From a virus, in the IMG/VR virus record IMGVR_UViG_3300007351_000018: a DNA stretch of 47,425 nucleotides, one strand, 5' to 3'. Of this stretch, positions 42,207 to 47,425 are shown piece by piece. The position numbers and the translations under genes are program-made. The stretch's first letter is position 1. Each line of letters starts with the position of its first letter. The notes below the pieces were generated by a model. It was not told the origin of the DNA and ran no database searches. It saw nothing but the letters and a program-made list of their open reading frames with translations.

Positions 42207-43049
42207 TCAGACCTCCGTATCTAAAGATTCTTGTCCATCTATGGCTTTATCGTCATATGCAGATTTAAGCCACCAGTTCCAGTAATCATCTACTGTTTTA
42301 AATGATTGCTTGCGTCCTGTTTTCTCCCTGTGTTTTATATGTCGTTCTAATGCTCTCTTGTAAGCATCGGAAAATTTAGGATACCTTAATAATTCCCTCG
42401 CCATATTTGCCGATAAAGGACAACCTATACAGCCTAAACGAGTAAACCCCTCATCATATAAGCAACAATGCTTTATTCCCCCATTGTTAAGGTAATCCCA
42501 TACATCCTCGTCCGACCAATCAATAATCGGATTAACAACTCTTTTTCCTTTTCGCACACAGTTCTCGAATCCCAACCTGCCATCGTCATTATCGTTGAAT
42601 AATATTGAATTTCCTTTACCGTGTCGAACCACTTCAAATGTATTTCTGCTGTTTTTTCTTCTTGCGCTTTCCGCCCACCTAACTCCAGTAACACATATCC
42701 GTCCCTGTCCGCCATGCTCTTTTAGTTCGGAACAACAAAACCGTGCCATTCGTGTCGGCAATCCCCTTTTCTCTATAAGCCTCCATATAGTAGTTTGAGG
42801 ACGGTCAATAATCACATCAGGATAGTTTTCTCGCATAAAGTAAATCAACTCTGGCGGATCAACAGTGGTAAGATTATAATGTGCATCAAATTTAACTCCT
42901 GCTTCTTTGGCAAGGTGGTATATACATTGACTGTCTTTGCCACCACTAAAGGCAAGGTAATACCCCTCTGGTGGCTCAAATGCTTGAAGCCGGTCTATCG
43001 CTATTTTAACCTTGTCCCTCTCACCAAAGAGCGTATTTTCGATTAACAC
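42207..43049 (-). CDS. Phosphoadenosine-phosphosulfate (PAPS) reductase family PP-loop protein
   Basis: PP-loop YLAFSGGKDSQCI; ...RFCCSELKE...; C-terminal Cys cluster CCLYDEGFTRLGCIGCP; GTG start. Confidence 0.75.
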   Translation of the reverse strand: MLIENTLFGERDKVKIAIDRLQAFEPPEGYYLAFSGGKDSQCIYHLAKEAGVKFDAHYNLTTVDPPELIYFMRENYPDVIIDRPQTTIWRLIEKRGLPTRMARFCCSELKEHGGQGRICVTGVRWAESARRKNSRNTFEVVRHGKGNSILFNDNDDGRLGFENCVRKGKRVVNPIIDWSDEDVWDYLNNGGIKHCCLYDEGFTRLGCIGCPLSANMARELLRYPKFSDAYKRALERHIKHREKTGRKQSFKTVDDYWNWWLKSAYDDKAIDGQESLDTEV

Positions 43050-43135
43050 TAGCGTTCAGACCTCCCCTTCCAATTCGGACACCATCCACGTTTACCGCAT
43101 ACCGGTTTATGGATGCACGTTGCACAGGTTTTCAT
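43049..43135 (-). CDS. Possible 28-aa Cys-rich peptide
   Basis: MKTCATCIHKPVCGKRGWCPNWKGRSER; exactly fills the gap between flanking genes. Confidence 0.2.
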   Translation of the reverse strand: MKTCATCIHKPVCGKRGWCPNWKGRSER

Positions 43136-43474
43136 TTACTTGCCCCCCCATTCCTGCTTAACCTCATTCTCCAATAGTCTTAATTCCAGCTTGATTGCGT
43201 TGATTTTTTCAATACAGACATCATAATCAGATTGTTTTATATCGCGTTTAAGTTTCAATTCAGCAATCTTTTCCTCACCCCTGCATATATCAGATATAAT
43301 AGTGACAGGAGTACCTTTATCGCGTTCTGTTAAAATCTTTTTACACAATGCCACACGATAATCCCGTTCAGCCTCAGAGCGTAACCTCCCGACTACCTTC
43401 ATGGCATTTACTGTGTCAACTAAAAGGGTTCTTTGTTCCCTCATGGCTAATATTAAATCTTGACCGCTACTCAC
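43136..43474 (-). CDS. Hypothetical coiled-coil protein (112 aa)
   Basis: ORF; overlaps the upstream gene by 4 nt. Confidence 0.4.
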   Translation of the reverse strand: MSSGQDLILAMREQRTLLVDTVNAMKVVGRLRSEAERDYRVALCKKILTERDKGTPVTIISDICRGEEKIAELKLKRDIKQSDYDVCIEKINAIKLELRLLENEVKQEWGGK

Positions 43475-43782
43475 AAATACGACCTCCCTATCAATCGTAT
43501 AAATTCTTCTCTTGTGCTTGTTTGCTCAAACTTTGCTTGAAACTCCCTCTTTAACTCCAAATCTCTACCTTGTAGCGGATGTAGCTGTATATCCCTGTGA
43601 CAGTCATCACATAACTTTACTTGCATACCGTACCTGATTGACAACTGCCTCCTGCCCGTCCCCTCGTATACCTCGTGCGTTTGTGCATATGGAGTATTGT
43701 GATATCGGCATACATCATCTATTGTCGGCACAGGGTTGCGGAGGGGACGCTTCTTTTTGTTCGTCGGCTTAGGATACATCAT
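43471..43782 (-). CDS. Small zinc-binding HNH/NinG-Ref-like nuclease candidate
   Basis: ...CRYHNTPYAQTHEVYEGTGRRQLSIRYGMQVKLCDDCHRDIQLHP... Confidence 0.35.
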   Translation of the reverse strand: MMYPKPTNKKKRPLRNPVPTIDDVCRYHNTPYAQTHEVYEGTGRRQLSIRYGMQVKLCDDCHRDIQLHPLQGRDLELKREFQAKFEQTSTREEFIRLIGRSYL

Positions 43783-44761
43783 TTCTCATAAACGATGGCT
43801 CAGATAGGTCAGCCTTTTCGGTTGCCATATATTGAGGGATCAACCCCTCCATATGTTCAACATCTTCAAGAGTCCATTTCTTCCCGTATGACGTGGTCAG
43901 TTTTCCGGCTTTCCATTCATCCCTGCAAAGCTGTGAGTACCACTCTTTTGAATAGCCTAATTCAATAAATTTATGGTATATGCCCGTTGCTCTCTTTTCT
44001 AACTCCGGCGGTACCGCTCCGGATTTCTCGGGTTCCTTAGCGCTTGATGCAATGTCGGGCTTCTTGCCCTTCTTTGACTCTATGGCTTGGCTAGCCTCAG
44101 ACCTTGTCAGGTCATCCCATTTTTCGATGGTCCGGCCAATTATGGCCGATATCTCCACGAGGGCATTGCTGGAATTTTTAAATAATGTTTTTGCATAATC
44201 GATCTGCTTACTGGAAGCCTTCTCGTCTTTAAGCCAGGGCATATCTTCTGCATCCTGAGTGAACATCCTACTAGCGCCAGTGGCTTTTAACACTCCGTCG
44301 ATAAATGCCCGTTTGGAAGCCATCTTTATAAGCGTGTTCTGGTTATCTGCAGGTTCGGGGTTCAGCATTTTTTCTTTTTCTGTCCCTTCTTGCTTCATGT
44401 ATCTGTACTTGTACTTTATTTCCTGTGAATTGGCGGCCCCGATTCCGTATGAAACTACTTCCCCGGTTTCCCTGCTTAATATTGGTACGCCGATGGTATA
44501 AGAGAATAACCCGTTTAAAAAATCTTCGTTGGCAAATACCATTTCCGGCTTGCCATTAGCAAGTTTGAAAATTTGACACAGCAATTCACCACCAGGTTTT
44601 AGAAGTGTCGGCTTATCTGTTCCGGGGATCCTGTCAAAATCAACTCCCTGCTGCAATACTGTTGTGAATAACTTATTAAGCATTTCCCTTCCTTGAGTAG
44701 CAGCTATAATTTGCGCTTCAAGACCTGTATTGATAGTGGCAATTTCTTTACTCTCAGACAT
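43769..44761 (-). CDS. Putative single-strand annealing / recombination protein (RecT/Red-beta-like by one C-terminal motif)
   Basis: ...GTDKPTLLKPGGELLCQIFKL..., ...NTLIKMASKRAFIDGVLKATGASRMFTQDAED...; lies in the recombination module. Confidence 0.35.
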   Translation of the reverse strand: MSESKEIATINTGLEAQIIAATQGREMLNKLFTTVLQQGVDFDRIPGTDKPTLLKPGGELLCQIFKLANGKPEMVFANEDFLNGLFSYTIGVPILSRETGEVVSYGIGAANSQEIKYKYRYMKQEGTEKEKMLNPEPADNQNTLIKMASKRAFIDGVLKATGASRMFTQDAEDMPWLKDEKASSKQIDYAKTLFKNSSNALVEISAIIGRTIEKWDDLTRSEASQAIESKKGKKPDIASSAKEPEKSGAVPPELEKRATGIYHKFIELGYSKEWYSQLCRDEWKAGKLTTSYGKKWTLEDVEHMEGLIPQYMATEKADLSEPSFMRNDVS

Positions 44762-44773
44762 TGATAATCCTCC

Positions 44774-45448
44774 TTATACATATCTTGCTTTAATGGCGAT
44801 TTTTATATCTTCGTAAAACTCGACTCCTGGTATGGTAACTTTCCCCTTGCTGATCTGTGCCAATTTATTTAAGGCAGACACATCTACCGGCCTTATAACC
44901 GTACCCATAATAGACACGGGCACTATTGACTCATTGATTATTCTTGCCTTCCATGTAACCGAACTTGAAGAGTCCCTTGCCCTAACAGGATCGATGGGTG
45001 CGAATTGTATGTTTTTCGCCTTCTCTGCTTGGTCCATGGCATATTCAGCCTGCTCTATTTTACCTTCTGCCTCCGCCTCCATTGCCACTTTAAGCAACCG
45101 GGCCTCTTCTTCTTTTCTGAATCTTTCCTGTTCTTCCTTTAAGATTCTTTCTTCCTCAAGCTTCTTTCTTTGATATTCTGATAATTTAGCCTTAATGCAC
45201 GATTCGGCTTTTGTAAAAGGCTCAGACAACTGTTTTTCTTTGGCGCAAATATCCTTCCATGCCCCGTATGCCTTTTCTTTCAACGGCTTCCAATACTCCG
45301 TTATAACATTCTGCCGGAGTTTAATTTCCTTACAGAAATCCACCGCGTTTCTGTAGTCATCAGGCGTATCGACTACTATCTGCGATACCTTAGCCTCGAT
45401 TGATGTGATTGCCTGTTTTTGCTGTTCGATTACTTGTAAATCTTCCAT
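44774..45448 (-). CDS. Hypothetical coiled-coil protein commonly paired with phage recombinases (DUF1351-like)
   Basis: Called from position upstream of the annealing-protein candidate; charged coiled coil ...KKLEEERILKEEQERFRKEEEARLL... Confidence 0.3.
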   Translation of the reverse strand: MEDLQVIEQQKQAITSIEAKVSQIVVDTPDDYRNAVDFCKEIKLRQNVITEYWKPLKEKAYGAWKDICAKEKQLSEPFTKAESCIKAKLSEYQRKKLEEERILKEEQERFRKEEEARLLKVAMEAEAEGKIEQAEYAMDQAEKAKNIQFAPIDPVRARDSSSSVTWKARIINESIVPVSIMGTVIRPVDVSALNKLAQISKGKVTIPGVEFYEDIKIAIKARYV

Positions 45449-45548
45449 AGCGACCTCCCCTTTAATTTATCCCCTTCCGGTTGCCTTGCCCGGAATACCA
45501 TAGCGAAGTGGGCTCCTGTTCGGCGAAGAAAAGCGGAAGGGGAATAGT

Positions 45549-45737
45549 TTAATCTTGTTCCTGCCCTTTCATCCTTAGTGCTTCAAGTTCCTTTTGGACT
45601 TTTTCTCTTTCGTTCCTTTCCTCTAACCACCATCTTTTGTAATCATCAGATTGCTTTTGTGTGAGTTCAAGATTCTCCAATGCTTGTGCAAGTTCCCTTG
45701 CTAGTTGTTCAATACCTTGTGCTATTTTCTTATCCAT
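45549..45737 (-). CDS. Hypothetical coiled-coil protein (62 aa)
   Basis: ORF. Confidence 0.35.
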   Translation of the reverse strand: MDKKIAQGIEQLARELAQALENLELTQKQSDDYKRWWLEERNEREKVQKELEALRMKGQEQD

Positions 45738-46368
45738 GCTCGACCTCCTTCAAATCCTTGTCGCTTATCTCATACACTACCTTTGCATCCTTTCCTGCGT
45801 GTAATCTCCATTCAAGTTCTCTTATCTTTCTTTTAAGTATTTCCTTTTCGTTTCTTAATTTGATTACTTCTTTCCGCGCAGAATCGTGATCCAAATAATT
45901 GTCTTTTGCACTTCCCAACATCAAATTTTCTAAAGTATTATTTTCTCTATTGCCATCCAGATGTCTTACAAATTCAACCTTTGATAAAACGCGGCCTTCT
46001 TGCAAAGCTATTAAAGCCCTGTGTTCCAATATATATAAACCTCTTTTATGATAGGTTGAAAACATAGGCTTTAGTAGTTCGTATTCTTCCTGCGTGAAAG
46101 TGGACTTATGACGCAATATATACCCATTGTGTTTGATATAACCGCCTTCCCAATTAGCGGGTCTTGTCCATTCATTTACCCTTTTTCTCCAATCAGGGTC
46201 TTTTGCGTTGTGAGAGGGAAGATATCTTACGGGGAATCCTTTAATATCCCCTCGATCATTTCTGGTTACTTTTGCAATCCTTGTTTTCTGACCGCACCCA
46301 CAAAGGCAAAATCCATCTCTATTTTGAGCGGGAATGTTTTTAAATAAGTTCGGATTTATCGACTTCAT
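45730..46368 (-). CDS. HNH endonuclease
   Basis: ...YILEHRALIA...VRHLDGNRENNTLENLMLGSAKDN...; N-terminal Cys pair CLCGC. Confidence 0.75.
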   Translation of the reverse strand: MKSINPNLFKNIPAQNRDGFCLCGCGQKTRIAKVTRNDRGDIKGFPVRYLPSHNAKDPDWRKRVNEWTRPANWEGGYIKHNGYILRHKSTFTQEEYELLKPMFSTYHKRGLYILEHRALIALQEGRVLSKVEFVRHLDGNRENNTLENLMLGSAKDNYLDHDSARKEVIKLRNEKEILKRKIRELEWRLHAGKDAKVVYEISDKDLKEVEHG

Positions 46369-46981
46369 AAACTATATCCGCTCCTTTATTTGAATGTAAT
46401 CTCCACTTTCTTCCGTCAAAAGTTGGCACGAATCCACTATTCCAAAGGTCTATGCAGGGTTGGAATGGATTGATTCCTTTGGCGTGGTCAATATACTTCC
46501 ATTTTTTTAGGTCAAAATAAGATGATACATAAGCCCAGATCGAAGCCCAGACCGAATCCCAGACCGAATCCCAGACCGAAGCCCCGACCGAATCCCCGAC
46601 CGAATCCCATTGTTTTAATAAGTCAATCTCTTTTTCTGTTACCTCTCCTGCGACAACATCCTTAAATGGATGTACGATAGGATGAATTGTCAACTCTGGC
46701 ACAATGGCCTTAAAGTCCAGGCCATGACAGAATCCTTTGATGATAGCTGAATCATCCTTGTTGATGATTTTGTCTACCGTGAATTCCTTTGTGAGTGGAT
46801 TATACTCATATTTATTGAGCATATCCTCGTCCTTACCCTTAAAACCGTGATAGTCAGCTATGCTCGTATGGCTGTCTGCTTCATACTTTAACTCACCGTC
46901 AATTATCCTTTTGCGGATTTCATAATCAAAATAGTACGGTTTCCCTGCTCCATCTGATACTAAACTAAAAAACTTACACAT
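46340..46981 (-). CDS. Hypothetical protein with an internal (D/A)SV(G/W) tetrapeptide repeat
   Basis: ...WDSVGDSVGASVWDSVWDSVWASIWAY... Confidence 0.45.
   Translation of the reverse strand: MCKFFSLVSDGAGKPYYFDYEIRKRIIDGELKYEADSHTSIADYHGFKGKDEDMLNKYEYNPLTKEFTVDKIINKDDSAIIKGFCHGLDFKAIVPELTIHPIVHPFKDVVAGEVTEKEIDLLKQWDSVGDSVGASVWDSVWDSVWASIWAYVSSYFDLKKWKYIDHAKGINPFQPCIDLWNSGFVPTFDGRKWRLHSNKGADIVYEVDKSELI
46534..46605. repeat. 12-nt tandem repeat, 6 copies (cccagaccgaat and variants)
   Basis: Read directly from the sequence; encodes the DSVW-type repeat on the minus strand. Confidence 0.9.
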
Positions 46982-47064
46982 TACTCGACCTCCTGTTATT
47001 TTTTATCTGGTGACGGACTGTTATCGCACAGCCCGCCGAAGCGTATAAGAGGGTATTGTGTGAG

Positions 47065-47181
47065 TTATCGCCTCCTTTTGTTCAATGCCTTGTTAAGCCT
47101 ACCGCCTACTATCACAAACAGTAAAAATGCCGATATGCCGTATATCATTACTGTGGTAAATGCCTGTAATTGTTCGCTCAT
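47065..47181 (-). CDS. Possible 38-aa membrane peptide
   Basis: MSEQLQAFTTVMIYGISAFLLFVIVGGRLNKALNKRRR; ATGA overlap with the upstream stop. Confidence 0.25.
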   Translation of the reverse strand: MSEQLQAFTTVMIYGISAFLLFVIVGGRLNKALNKRRR

Positions 47182-47425
47182 ACCGTTACCTCAACAAAAT
47201 CACCATTTTGCAATTTATACCATACGTCCTCTTTAATGATTACTCCATCAATTTGAATGGATTTGACACATATAGGCACGCAATATCCATCCTTGATGAT
47301 GTATTCTGCAAGCGTTATCCAACAGCCAATTTTGCTTTTTACTATGCCGTCAATACCGATATTTGCACCAACAGTATTTTTACCCTCTAATGCAAGCTGT
47401 GACCTGTCGCCAGAGGATGCAAGCT
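47178..47425 (-). CDS. C-terminal part of the nonapeptide-repeat protein that starts at 484
   Basis: ...SQLALEGKNTVGANIGIDGIVKSKIGCWITLAEYIIKDGYCVPICVKSIQIDGVIIKEDVWYKLQNGDFVEVTV, stop at 47180-47178; the frame is open to the right edge. Confidence 0.7.
   Translation of the reverse strand, partial: LASSGDRSQLALEGKNTVGANIGIDGIVKSKIGCWITLAEYIIKDGYCVPICVKSIQIDGVIIKEDVWYKLQNGDFVEVTV
47390..47425. repeat. Terminal 36-nt exact duplicate of positions 1-36 (circular-assembly overlap inside the 27-bp tandem repeat)
   Basis: atgcaagctgtgacctgtcgccagaggatgcaagct is present at both ends. Confidence 0.95.

Larger units (their letters stand above)
1..47425. mobile_element. Complete, circularly permuted temperate tailed-phage genome (podovirus-like structural gene order) with plasmid/IME-like accessory genes
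   Basis: Lysogeny switch, integrase plus attP, replication, terS/terL, portal, scaffold, capsid, tail and lysis modules are all present. Positions 47390-47425 are identical to 1-36. Confidence 0.85.

Noticed and set aside
47160-47390. Plus-strand 76-aa ORF
   Set aside because: It is antisense to the C-terminal domain of the repeat protein, whose frame continues across the junction.

Overview
The window reads as one complete, circularly permuted temperate tailed-phage genome. The first and last 36 nt are identical. Collapsing that overlap gives a unit of about 47,389 bp and restores an intact ORF across the junction; simple end-to-end joining creates a stop codon. Almost the whole lytic programme is on the minus strand, running from the switch at ~1.7 kb leftwards and around the junction. 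In transcription order it contains early, recombination and replication genes (47-37 kb), terS/terL (35-32.7 kb), a 12-gene sugar operon (32.7-25.9 kb), then portal, scaffold, capsid and a podovirus-like tail with internal-protein genes (25.8-10.9 kb), and a lysis cassette (10.7-7.75 kb). The plus strand carries an XRE repressor and a tyrosine integrase. It also carries an attP containing the 3' part of tRNA-Ala(GGC), a ParM/ParR-like partition pair, an FtsK/SpoIIIE-type ATPase with a replication-relaxation protein, and a promoter-to-terminator moron encoding a lipoprotein-anchored dockerin. A small serine-recombinase island (35.7-36.9 kb) is also on the plus strand. TAA, TAG and TGA all terminate long ORFs, so the standard code applies. 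The dockerin suggests a cohesin/dockerin-using Clostridia host (for example Ruminococcus-like), which is inference only. The strongest candidate for something undescribed is the NeuC/NeuB/NeuA (CMP-sialic-acid-type nonulosonic acid) cassette. It comes with an orphan transferase-like protein, a methyltransferase and a dehydrogenase, and is translationally coupled into the late operon between the large terminase and the portal. Conspicuously Ser/Thr-rich proteins flank the capsid gene. Together these suggest phage-directed nonulosonic-acid glycosylation of the virion. All family calls come from motifs read by eye; no searches were run.
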